Assembly (NCBI RefSeq): GCF_009914755.1
Contig: NC_060942.1
Strand: one strand, 5' to 3'
DNA: 64,000 bases
DNA from: the human T2T-CHM13v2.0 reference genome, Homo sapiens
Below the pieces are notes generated by a model that made no database searches, was not told the DNA's origin, and saw only the letters and a list, made by a program, of their open reading frames with translations. How positions within the stretch are numbered: the stretch's first letter is position 1; every line of letters starts with the position of its first letter. Below, in pieces: positions 38,654-50,703 of this stretch. The position numbers were made by a program, and so were the translations under genes.

Positions 38654-38899
38654 CACATATCACTCTTTCCACCTGAAAGACTTCCTTCCTCAACCCCAAA
38701 TAAAAGGAGCAGAGGTTTATTTTCAGGAGAAAGAATAGCCTGTGTTGGGAACATATCACAGCTGAGGTTATGGTTACCTTACTGATAACACAGGATGATG
38801 TAGAATGTTGTTAGGAACGTTGAAATTCCCAAATTTCTTCCCTCACTGGGCTCTAGGAATAGTTGCAGCTATTCTAATTCCCTTCAAGCAGAGATTGAA

Positions 38900-39092
38900 A
38901 TATTCTCCTTGGTTATCTGACTAACATGATATTCTCCTTGGTTATCTGACTAACATGATATTCTCCTAGGTTATCTGACTAACATGATATTCTCCTTGGT
39001 TATCTGACTAACATGATATTCTCCTAGGTTATCTGACTAACGTGATATTCTCCTTGGTTATCTGACTAACACGATATTCTCCTTGGTTATCT
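38900..39092. repeat. 29-bp minisatellite, ~6.6 copies
   Basis: Unit atattctccttggttatctgactaacatg; copies start at 38900, 38929, 38958, 38987, 39016, 39045 and 39074. Confidence 0.98.
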
Positions 39093-39362
39093 AACACACA
39101 AAAAAAATAATTACTGAAGGAGCTGATTACTACTCAGCTTCTGAATGATCCACTCTCTTATACGAACAGATAGCCAAGGATCTTCAGTCATGTTTTTAGC
39201 AAAACCAGCATCACATATGGCAGATTAACACACAACAATCAAATACACAGAGAAACAACTTCACTAGCATTCTCAAAAAGATAGCATCCAGTTTGGAGAT
39301 CACAGATATTGTATATTCTATTTAAAAGGTATTTTTAGAGAAAATAGGATTAAAAGAAATTG

Positions 39363-39514
39363 TTTTAGAGATGGGGTCTTGCTCTCTTACCCAGGCTGGA
39401 GTAGAGTGGCATGTTCATAGCACACTGCAGCCTCAAATTCCTGGACTCAAGTGATCCTTCTGTTTTGGCCTCCCAAAGGGCTGGGATTACAGGCATAAGT
39501 CACCCTGCCTGGCT
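39363..39514 (-). mobile_element. Alu monomer (FAM/FRAM-like, or internally deleted AluJ)
   Basis: gagatggggtcttgctct...ctgcagcctcaaattcctgg...gctgggattacaggc. Confidence 0.85.
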
Positions 39515-41189
39515 GAAAATAGGTTTCAAAAATAGAGTAGCAGAAATTTATAAAAATCAGTAGGAGGGTAAGAAGACAAAGCTGAGAATAACTTAGAAAG
39601 TAAACAATATTAATAGGTATTAACACTAACACAGGTAATTATAAGAAGTAAGGAAACTGTCAAAGTATAGGAGCATTCTAATAGGTTCACTATCTAAGGA
39701 GTAATATTCAGAAAAGGAAAAGAGAAAAACTGACGGGAGAAAATGATACACAATGTAGAAAAAATTTCTAGAGTTGAGGAACATGAGTTTCCTTACTGAA
39801 ATGGCCTACCACATGAACAGCAATTTTTTTTGAAAATGGACACCCAGCAATTCACAGTGTGGTATAATTTCAGGACATGAGAGAATATGCTAAGATCCTA
39901 AAATTTTCAAGAGATTAAAAAGCAACTACAAATATAACAATAGCTTAACAAAGACAATTTTATACAAAGAGTCAAAATGAGAGTAAAACTAAACTTTCTC
40001 ACTGCAAAAAATGGAGGCCAGAACACAAGGCGGAAATGCTTCCAAATGGTGGAGGGACAGTGACTTGAACCTAACCTTCTATAGCCCCAAACCATCAAAA
40101 AGTGAGATGGTATGAACAACATTTCAAACACAGAAATTCTTTAAAAACAAAATCAAAAATCCAAACTGTTCATCATTCTCCCTCGATTAGGAAGCTACCA
40201 GTAGGATCACTACCTACGATATTCATGGTAAACACAAAATAAATATACTATAAAATAGAACTTAAAAGTCATGCTGAATGAAACTCAACCTCTTGTTAAT
40301 TCTAAGTCAATAAATTTAGGTTTTATTTCCTCAGCTACAACTAAAGATTTGTAGAGATGGCTGTTGAATTATTTGCAATAGGGTGTTTTTTTTCTCCAAC
40401 ACTAAAATCAGCCTTTTGGGGCTTCAAGAGAGGCCATTTTGGATATGTGGGAGCATCTTTTCATGCCCTTCTCAGAGAGACACTAATAACTCTGACAGCT
40501 GAAGACTGTAGGCTGTTCAAATCTCAAAAACAGCATTGCCAGCCAGCTGACTGAGAGCACCCAGTGTTGGCGTACGTCAGAATATTTACTGAGCTCACGC
40601 TTCAGCCTGCTTCCTTTGGGGCATTATCCTTTGCACTGCAGGCAAACAGCCTTCCTTTGGTTTGTGCAATCTATGTATCCACACTTTATGAAAATAGGAT
40701 GCATCTTTGTGTGCTATTTTAAATGAGTTTGCTTAGTAAAGGCAACACATAACTAGAAAAGAAAGCTGACCACTGACAATATCTTACATTTGAATAATCC
40801 CTTGTAAAGCACTTTGTCCCTATAAAGCACTTTAGCAAACTATTTTATTTGACCCTTAAAACAGGACCATGAAGTAGAAAGCTCTTTTCTGGTTTAGTGA
40901 CTAAGAAAATTCTAAAGCGAATTAGGAGCTAGAAAGAGTTAGGTCCTGGGACTCTGGATTTTCAGTTGCGTGCCCTTTACTCTGTCACTGGGATTCTAAA
41001 GAAGAAGTAGAAAGTGCCTTTGAGGTTTTAGTCCCCTTCATCTTTATTTATCTCTACCGTAGGAAGAGCACTTCCTTTGGGCTCCCCAGGTTGACTTGCT
41101 TTTACTTGATGGCCATTATATTTTAGAACTGTGTATTATTATTAATAGAACAATTAATAATAGTACACAGCACTTATAAGTTGATTTCA

Positions 41190-41670
41190 CAGTTGACCCT
41201 TGAATAACATAGGTTTGAGCTACGGGGGTCCACTTATATGCAATTTTTTTTTTTTAATAAAGGTTGCACCAAGTGTGCCTGCCTCTCCTTCTACTACTTC
41301 TACCTCTGCCACCCCTGATACAGCAAGACCTGACCCCTCTTTTTCCTCTTCATCCTTAGCCTACCCGAAAATGATGAGGGAGAATGAAGACCTTTATGAT
41401 TATCCATTTTCACTTAATGAATAGTTAATATGTTTTATTTTCCTTATGAATTCCTTAACATTTTCTTTTATCTAGCTTACTTTATTGTAAGAATACAGTA
41501 TATAAGAAATATAACATACGAAATATTTGGTAACTGTTATCAGTAAGGCTTTCAGTGAGCTGTAGGCTATTAGTGAAGTTTTGGGGAATCAAAATTTACA
41601 TGCAGATTTCTGACTGCCTAGGGAAAGGGGGTTTGGTGCTCTAACCTCCACATTGTTCAAGGGTCAACTG
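41190..41670 (+). mobile_element. Tigger2a-like TcMar MITE
   Basis: TIRs cagttgacccttgaa ... ttcaagggtcaactg, followed by TA. Confidence 0.88.
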
Positions 41671-42459
41671 TATATTCCTTTTCACTTGTCCCTGCTGCCC
41701 CACATATAAGTTAGTCCCATTTATTTTCAAGAACATTAAAAACTTTTAAACATTCCCTTCTCCTCCCTCAACAGAATACTCTATTGGTGTATGTTCTGGA
41801 TCTACCTAACCTCAAACAGCTGAGTACTCAAGCAAGTCACTTTCCTTTTCTGGAAATATATTAACTATTTAAAATCAAACAAAAGAGTCTAGCTAGATAT
41901 TTTCTAAGATTCTTCCAACTCTAGTATCTCTATTCCACAGTTCTGCTTATGTCCCAGATTTGATGAGGTTACATTGCTTAGACAAAGGAATGGGACGCAT
42001 TTTAAGGCTTTGCTAGATGGTCATCTAAGAAAATAAGAAGGAAAAAGGAAGGGAGACAGCAAGAATGTTTCTTTTTCACAAAAGAAAATATAAGTAACAG
42101 CCATCCTTTCTTTTGATCACTTAACTATATGCCAAGTACGTTTCTGGGTATATTACATAGATTACCACTAATCTTCATAAAATCTCTTTAAGATGGTGGC
42201 ATTGTCTTAATTTCTGTAACCATTTTTTTTTTTAAAATAGATTATTCATACATAAGCAACACGTAAAAGAAAAAATTATAAAGAGCATTATAAGATTGAA
42301 AAGCAAAATTGCCTCTACTATGTCTATCCATTTGCAGACCAATTCCTAAGAGCTAATGCAGGACATACCTATGTGTCCTTTCCAGTGAGAGTAAATGGCT
42401 AGAAGCAGGATTGTTAGGATGAAAAATACACACATTTTAATATTTAAAAATGGTACCAT

Positions 42460-43028
42460 AGTTCCCCCTTATCCACAGGGGATACGTTCCAAGACCTTCA
42501 GTGAATGCTTGAAACTTCAGGTAGTAATGAACCATGTATATACTATGTGTGAATTCTTTTCCTTCTTCAAAATTGCAGTGACCTCAGCATATAACTTTTT
42601 CTTTTTAAAAAGTCAAACTTTCACCTTTTCACTTAAAAGAAGAACTTTATGGCTTCTCTTTGACATATCTAAATTATCAGCATTACTATTCTTGTGCCTT
42701 GGGACCATTATTAAGTAAAATAAAGGTTACTTGTAACCAAGCACTGCAGTTCTGCCACAATGGATCTAATAACTGAGACGGCTACTAAGTTACTAACAGG
42801 TGGCTACTGTAGAGAACATGGGTCCACTGGGCACAGGGATGGATTACATCCCAGTCGGGAGGGAATGGTACAGTGTATGATTTCATCATGCTATTCTGCA
42901 CACACACTTTACAGCTTAAGAATTGCTTATTTCTGGAATTTTCCATTTGGTATTTTCGGACCACAGTTGACTGCAGGTAATTTTCTGAAACTGCAGAAAG
43001 TGAAATTAGATGAAGTAGGGGAGACTTG
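42460..43028. mobile_element. MER44-like (Tigger7-derived) element
   Basis: agttcccccttatccacaggggatacgttccaagacc ... gaaactgcagaaagtgaaa...gggagact. Confidence 0.8.
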
Positions 43029-43643
43029 TATTTTCCTAAAATGTACCAATTTACATTTCCACCAATATGCAAGCAATATTTTCTGACAAACCTATTTCCC
43101 TTTGTGGTTTATGTCTCACAAGCTAGTCAATACTGGGTATCATTAAACCTTTAAATCTATATTATGCTAATAGGTAGAAAATGTATTTTAATGATTTAAA
43201 TTCTTAAAGGTACAAACACTTATTGGCCAATTGCATTTTTTTTTGTGAAATGCCTTATTGTGTACTTTGTTTTGTTTTTATTAAGTTACTTATCTTTGTC
43301 TTCCTTGTTTGTGAAAGCTCTTTGTATACTAAAAAAGCTTAGGCCCTGTGTTACAGGGATGTGTGTTAGAAATATTTCTCAAATTTGTTTCATGGTATTT
43401 TCCCAGTATTTTAAACCTTTTTTCATTATTGTGTTGAATTTATTTTCTTTCCAGCTTTATTGAGATATGATTAACAAATGAAGTATGCATCCTTTATTCT
43501 CTATGATTGATGGGGTGAAAAATTGCATCAATTTTGCATCTATCTAGAATATACAAAAAATGGGATATTTTGACATATGTATACACTGCAAAATAATCAC
43601 CACAATCATGCTAAATAACATCACCTTACATTGTTCCTTTGTG

Positions 43644-43645
<2 letters not shown>

Positions 43646-43686
<41 letters not shown>
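43646..43686. repeat. (TG)~20 microsatellite
   Basis: Direct read. Confidence 0.95.
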
Positions 43687-43687
<1 letters not shown>

Positions 43688-46600
43688 TGAGAATACTTGA
43701 GACCTCCTCTTAGCAAGGTTCAAATATACATTATATTAACTATAGTTAACCTGCTGTACATTAGGTCTCCATTACTTATTTGTCTTATAGCTGAAGGTTT
43801 TGTACTCTTGGACCAATAGTTCCCCTTTCTTCTACCTTCCAGCTCCGTGTAACCCCTACTCTCTGTTACTATAAGCTAGACTTAAATTTTTTTTTTAAGA
43901 TTCTATGTACAAGTGACATTATGCAGTATTTTTCTGAGTCTGGCTTATTTCACTTAGCCCTAATGTCTTCAAGGTTCATCTATGTTTTGGCAAGTGGTCG
44001 GAATTCTTTCTTTCTAAAGGCCAAATATTATTCCTGTATCATGTGTGTCTGTGTATAAAACCATATTTTTTAACCTGTTCATCCATCAATGGACACTTAG
44101 GTTGTTTCCATATCTTGGCTATTGTGACACTGCATTGAACATGGGAATGCAGATATCCTGTAAAGATATATTTCTTTTGGCTCTGTACCTGGAAATAGAT
44201 TGCTGCGTCATGTGGTAATTCACTTTTTAAGTGTTTGAGGAATTTCTAAACTGTTTTCCATAAACAGCTATACCAATTTACATTCCCACCAATAGTGTAC
44301 AAGGGTTCCCTTTCATGTATCTTCACCAATACTTGCTATCTTTGACATTTTGTTAATAGCCATCCGAACAGGTTGTGAGGTGATATTTTAATGTGCTATT
44401 GATTTCGATTTCCCTGAAGATCAATGATATTGAGCATGTTTTATATACCTGTTAGCCATTTGCATGTCTTCTTTTGAGAAATGTTTATTTAGTTCCTTTG
44501 CCCATTTAAAAATAGGATTGTTTGGTTTTTTGGCTATTAAGTTGTATAGGTTCTTTAGATCTGAATCCCTTATCAGATATATGGTTTACAAATATTTTAT
44601 GTCATTCTATAGGTTGCCTTTTCATTGTATTGAATGTTTCCTTTGCTCTGTAGAAATGTTTAGTTTCATGTAGTCTCACATATATGTTTTTGCATTTGTT
44701 GCATGTGCTGTTGGTATCAAATCTAAAACATAATTGCTGAGAATAATGTCAATAATCTTTTCCCTGATGTTTCCTCTAGGAGTTTTATGGTTTCAAGTCT
44801 TACATTTACATCTCTAATCGATTTTGAATTGATTTTTGTATGCAGTTTAAGAGAAGGGTCATTTCATTCTTTTGTGTGTAGATATCCAGTTTTCCCAACA
44901 TCATTTATTGAAGAGTCTATGCTTTCCCCATTGTGTACTTCTGGTTCCTTTGTCAAAAAGTAGTTGGCTGGTACATACATGAATATTTCTGGACTCTATT
45001 CTCTTCCATTAGCCTATGTGTCTGTTGTTAAGTCAATAACATACTATATTTATTACTATAGCTTTGTAATATAGTTTAAAATCAAAGTATAATGCTTCCA
45101 GCTTTGTTTTTTGCTCCAGATTGCTTTAGCTATTTGAATTCTTGTGGTTCCAAATGAATTTTAGTTTTTTTCTATTTCTGTAAAACAAGCCATTTAAATT
45201 TCGATAGGTATACACTGAATATGTAGATTGCTTTGGCTAATATGAACATCTTAACAATATCTTTTCAATCCATGAAGACTGAATATCTTCCCATTTATTT
45301 GTGTTTTCTATAATTTATTTATCTATGTTTTATAGATTTTAGTGTACATACCTTTTACTTCCTTGGTTACATTTATTCCTAAGTATTATTTTTGACATTG
45401 TAAGTGGAATTTCTTTTTTAAATAGTTCATTGTTAGTATATAGAAATAAAACTGATCTTTGTATGTTGATTTTTATATCCTGCAACTTTACTGAATTTGT
45501 TAATTCTAACAATGTTTGCTTATTCTAAAAGCATTTTCTATATATAAGATCAGGTCATTTGAAAATGAGAACAATTTAACTTCTTCCTTTCCAATCTGGA
45601 TGCCTTCTATTTCTTAGCTATTTCCTCTGCCTAGGACTTTAAGTACTATGTTAAATAGAAGCATAAGGGTGAGCATCCTTATATTGTTCCTGATCTTAAA
45701 GAAAAGGCTTTCAATTTGTCACTGTTGAGAATGATAGCTGTGGGGTTATCATACATGGCCTTCATGGTGTTGGGATACATTCATCCTATCCCTATTTTGT
45801 TGTGAGTTTTTAATCACGAAGTGATGTTGAAATTTGTCAAATGCTTTTCCAGCATGTATTGAGATGATCTTGTGGTTTTTGTTCTTCATCGTGTTTATAT
45901 AGTTTATCACATTTATTGATTTGAATTTGTTGAACCAACCTTGTATTCCATGGATAAATCCCACTTCATCATGGTGTATGATCCTTTTACTATGCTGTTA
46001 AATCTGGTTTGCTAATATTTTATTTAGGTCTTTTGCTTCTGTGTTAATTAGGAATATATTGGTCTATAATTTCCTTTTCTTACAGTGCCCTTTTCTGGCT
46101 TTAATTTCAGGGTAATGGTGGCTTGTAAAATGAGTTTGGGAGTATTCCCTCCTCTTCAATTTGTATTAAAAAGTTTGAGAAAAACTGATATTGGTTCTTC
46201 TTCAAATGTTTGGTATAATTCAGCCATGAAGCCATCAGTTTCTGCATTTATCTTTGGGAGATCTTTCAGTACTGATTCAATCTCCTTACCTATTATCAGT
46301 CTTCTCAGGTTTTCAATTTCATGATTCAGTCTTAGTGGGTTGCATGTTTCAAAACTAAATTTATTCATTTCTCCTAGGTTATCCAATTTGTTGATGTATA
46401 ATTGTTCATTGCAAGTCTCCTATGATCCTTTGTATTTCTGCAATATCAGTTGTAATGTCCCCTCTTTCATTTCTGATTTTGAGTCTTCTCTTTTTTTTTA
46501 AGTCCAGCTAATGACTTGTCAATTATGTTTATCTATTCAAATAACCATCTCTAAACTTTTTAATGTTTTATTGTTTTATGGTCTCTATTTTTTCTGTTCT

Positions 46601-47117
46601 AATCCTCATTTTTTCCCTTTTACTAACTTTAGGCTTAGTTTGTTCTTTTTCTAGTTCCTTGAAGTACAACATTAGGTTGTTTATTCAAGATATTTCTTTT
46701 TAATGTAGGCATTTATCACTATAAACTTCTTTCTTAGAACTGCTTTTGCTACATCACATTAGTTTGGGCATGTTGTGTTTCTATGTTTGTCTTAAGATTT
46801 AAAAAAAATTTCCTTTTTGATTTCTTCTTTGACCTGTTGATTGTTTAGGAGAATGGTGTTTAATTTCCACATAATTGTGAATTTTCAAGGTTTTTCCTGT
46901 AATTGATTTCTAGTTTCATACTACTGCGATTGGAAAAAATATTTGATATGATTCCAATCATCTTAAACTTGTTAAGACTTATTTTGGAGTCTAATATGTG
47001 ACGTATCCTAAAGAATTTTGCATGTTAATTTCAGAAAAATGTGTATTCTGCTGCTGTTAAACGAAATGTTCTCTATTTGTGTGTGGGGTTCATTTGGTCT
47101 AAAATGTAGCTCAAGTC

Positions 47118-47534
47118 TGAATTAAGCCATTCTTTCTTTGCTAAAAAGGAATACCTGAAGCTGTATAATTTATAAAGAAAAGAAGTTTAATTGGCTCTTG
47201 GTTCTGCAGGCTGTAGAGAAAGCATAGTGCTGGCATCTGCATCTGGTGAGGACCTCAGGAAGCTTACAATCATAGTGGCAGGTCATGGGAAGCAATCATT
47301 TCACATGGCAAGAATGGGTGCAAGAGAGTGAGGGAGGAGGTGCCACACACTTTTAAACAAACAGATCTCTTGTGAACTGAGTGAGAACTAACTTATCACC
47401 AAACGGATGGTGCTAAACCATTCATGAAGGATCTGTCCCCATGATCCAATCACCTCCCATGAGGCCCCACCTCCAATACTGGGGATTACATTTCAACATT
47501 AGATTTGCAGGGGATAAATATCCAAATCATATCA
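47118..47534 (-). mobile_element. MSTA/MSTB solo LTR
   Basis: ggttctgcaggctgta...ggacctcaggaagcttacaatc...ccaaatcatatca; exact 5-bp TSD aagtc at 47113-47117 and 47535-47539. Confidence 0.92.
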
Positions 47535-47932
47535 AAGTCCAATGTTTCCTATTTTCTTTGTGTCTGAGTAATCTATTCACTGTTACAAGTGACATCCCCT
47601 ACTATCACTGTACTGATGTCTATGTTTCCTTTCAGATCTGTAAATATTTGCTTTATATATTTAGGTGCTGCCATGTTGGGTGCACATATATTATAATTGT
47701 TCCATCCTCTTAATGAATCAACCCTGTATCATTATATAGCAACCTTTTTGTGTCTCTTTTTACAGTTTCTGACTTAAAGCCTGTTTTGTTCAAGTATAGC
47801 TAGTCTTATTCTCTTTTGTTTTCCATTTACTTTTCCCTTTACTTTGTGACCATGCATGTCCTTAAAGGCAAAGTGAGTCTCTTGTGAGGAACATACAGTT
47901 GCAGCTTTAAAAAGAATCCTTTCAGCTTCTTC

Positions 47933-48102
47933 TTTTTTTTTTTTCCAGGATGGGATGTCCTTTTGCAGAGGAAGCCCAGGTTGGACTTGAACTTCTGGGC
48001 TCAAGTTGCCCATGCTGGACTTGAACTCCTGGGCTCAAGTGGTCCTCTGGCCTCAGCCTCCCATGTAGCTGAGTCTACTGATGTATACCATCACACCTGG
48101 CT
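47933..48102 (-). mobile_element. FLAM-like monomer with internal 34-bp tandem duplication
   Basis: gcccaggttggacttgaacttctgggctcaagt repeated at 47974 and 48008. Confidence 0.8.
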
Positions 48103-50389
48103 TTTTCTTTTCATTGGAAAATTTAGTCCATTTACATTTAAAGTAATTGTAATAGGTAAGGATTTACTGTTGTTATTTTGTTAATTGTTTTCTGGATGTT
48201 TTGTAGATCCTTTCTTCTTTCTGTTCTTTTTTGTGACTTGATGATTTCCTACAGAGTTGCACTTTGATTCCTTTTATCTTTTGTGTGTCTACTATAGACT
48301 TTAATTTTGTGGTTACTATGAAGCTTATGTAAACATTTTTATGGCATCTGTTTAAATAATGTAAAGTCCCTCACCAAAACTATAAAAATATTAAATGATT
48401 TCCTATAATGTGTTTATTTTTACTTTTTACATGTTTTATTTCTCATTTACTTGAAAAGCTTTTAGGTATTTTCAATATAAATAGTGTGGTCTGGCTGTAA
48501 CTATAGTTCTTCTAATTCTATCTCCCCTTGATAGATGAACAATTGTCTGACATCATCCATCTAGTATCATTTTCTCCCGTACTTAGAAATCACCTTTATG
48601 ATATAAATTTCTGCATATCTTTTGGACAATTTCTGGACTATTTATTCATAGTCCAATGCTTATTAAAATTCTGCTCAACTTATTTTCCTGAGTCAGCACT
48701 AAATTCTTTTGAATTTTTTTTTAGCTTTAAAAAGGTTGTATTTTTGGATGAAGTTAGTCCAATTCATTTATTTTTTTATGATTTTCTGGCTTGCATTAGA
48801 TATTTATTTTACCAACTAAATGTGGTCATTGTGTGTTTTATACTTCTGACATACCATAGGATTAATACCTTAAATTTCTTTGCATCAGTATTTATATGTA
48901 AAAAATGTGGCAAAGATTTTTTTTTTTTGAAGGTGTGGGGAACTATCTTTGTCAGGTTTTGGTATCAATATTATATTATCTTCACAAAAAGAATCTCAGC
49001 CTTTTCCAAAGTAGGAATAATTCCTATTTTAATGATAATGTGACTGGAGCTACAAGAGGTTTAAGTAACTTTTCCAAGGGTACATACCTTTTAAAGAATA
49101 GAGATGTGATTTTTGCCCACTGAATATAGAAATGTTCATCTTGATTAGGTAAGCAGAGAGGCTAGAACATTTGCTCTAGAAAAAGACACCAGGTATCAAT
49201 AACATCCCTTAAATCTATAAAATATATTCTGTATAATTTTATAATTTTTATGAATAATTATAATAAATTCATACAATCACATCATGGTTCTCAGATACTG
49301 CTCATGTCCATTATGTCATTTTTTTTTCTTGCCAGTACCCCTTCTATTACGAGGGAGGAAAATAAAACTCAGATTTCAGGAATCAATCAAGGTCATGTAG
49401 CAACCTGGTGGTCAGCCAGAGCTAGAAATTATCAAATATGATGATCCAGGTAAGTCCTCTTTCTGTTATGCTATATAGCCTTCTCTTAAGAGTATTACTG
49501 AAGAATTATCTGTAGTCTTTCCTCATTCAGAGGAATATGACAAGTTTTTCCACAAAGAGAGTCAACATATTTTGGTTGAAACTTCACCCTGTCAGAGAGG
49601 CTGCTTGCTACCATTAGAGCTTTTAAGCAAGGATGAGATAATCACAATAATTATCTTCCATTAGCAAAATGATCTGGCACCAGATTCTTCCTCCGGTTTT
49701 TGCAGCCTCCCTTCTGAAGCAGAGAGCATCTGAAATGGGCTTCCAGAACATTGCAGTGGAAAATAATCAGAAGTATAAAAATGAACTGGAGGAGGCTAAA
49801 TTAGTCAAAGAGTCATGAGTGGTTAAGGACCCAAGATCAGGAAAATCTGATAATTTGGGTTAATATAATTTAGTTTTTGTCTTCTCAATGGATTCACTGT
49901 AGAGCAGCCTTCCAATTAGTATGCTTGCATCATACCCTCAATAAGGCAGACAACATTTCAGTATATCAATTCTACATTTATCCATCTAATTCATTTCCCC
50001 TAAGGGCAGTAAATAAAGCTTGTAAAATACTAATTGCTTTAATTCAAGGTTTAATGCAAACTCATTGTATTTCTGTTTCTCTGGGGAATTCAAAAAGGAT
50101 TCACAACATATTGGCTAGATCTTTTGCCTCTTTTGCCTAGATCCAATTAGAAATTGAAATTCAAAAGATTTTTTTATTTGTCAGCATAAAAAAAATCACC
50201 ACTTCTATCACCACCACAATCACAGTCAGCATTTTCACCATCTTTGTCATTAATTTTTTTACCGTTTACCTGTGTAATATGTTTGTATTCTTTGTGGATC
50301 TTGCAACTAAAGTCAGAGCCCATGGTTGCCTCAAGAGTGTTTAAAACAAAAGGAGAAAGTGCATTATCTTATTGATAAAACTATTCTCT

Positions 50390-50703
50390 GGCGGGCACGG
50401 TGGCTCACGCCTGTAATCCCAGCACTTTGGGAAGGCGAGGCGGGCAGATCATGAGGTCAGGAGATCGAGACCATCTGGCTAACACGGTGAAACCCCATCT
50501 CTAGTAAAAAGTACAAAAAAAAATTAGCCAGGTGTGGTGGGGGGCGCCTGTAGTCCCAGCTACTCAGGAGGCTGAGGCAGGAGAATGGCATGAGCTCCAG
50601 AGGCGGGGAGGCGGAGCTTGCAGTGAGCCGAGTTCGGCGCCACTGCACTCCAGTCTGGGCAACAGAGCGAGATTCCGTCTCAAAACAAACAAACAAACAA
50701 ACA
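50390..50703 (+). mobile_element. AluY with (CAAA)n tail
   Basis: gaggtcaggagatcgagacc, ggctaacacggtg, gcggagcttgcagtgagc; exact TSD aaaactattctc at 50377-50388 and 50704-50715. Confidence 0.96.

Larger units (their letters stand above)
43445..48340 (-). mobile_element. L1MA-type LINE, ~4.3 kb of 3'UTR and ORF2, interrupted by MST and FLAM
   Basis: Antisense L1 throughout. ORFs 45749-45964 ([26 protein letters not shown]) and 46156-46386 (DGFMAELYQTF) are decayed ORF2 RT-region peptides. Confidence 0.92.

Noticed and set aside
38900-39092. 29-bp repeats superficially like CRISPR direct repeats
   Set aside because: Head-to-tail with no spacers, no cas genes, and a primate context.
45749-46386. 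Reverse-transcriptase-like peptides
   Set aside because: Fragments of a dead L1MA ORF2, not a novel RT system.
48528-49043. 171-aa hydrophobic ORF resembling a membrane protein
   Set aside because: The F/L/I bias comes from T-rich antisense old-L1-like sequence.
49447-49455. Perfect splice donor CAG|GTAAGT
   Set aside because: Lies in MIR-like sequence with no convincing upstream acceptor or reading frame; expected by chance.
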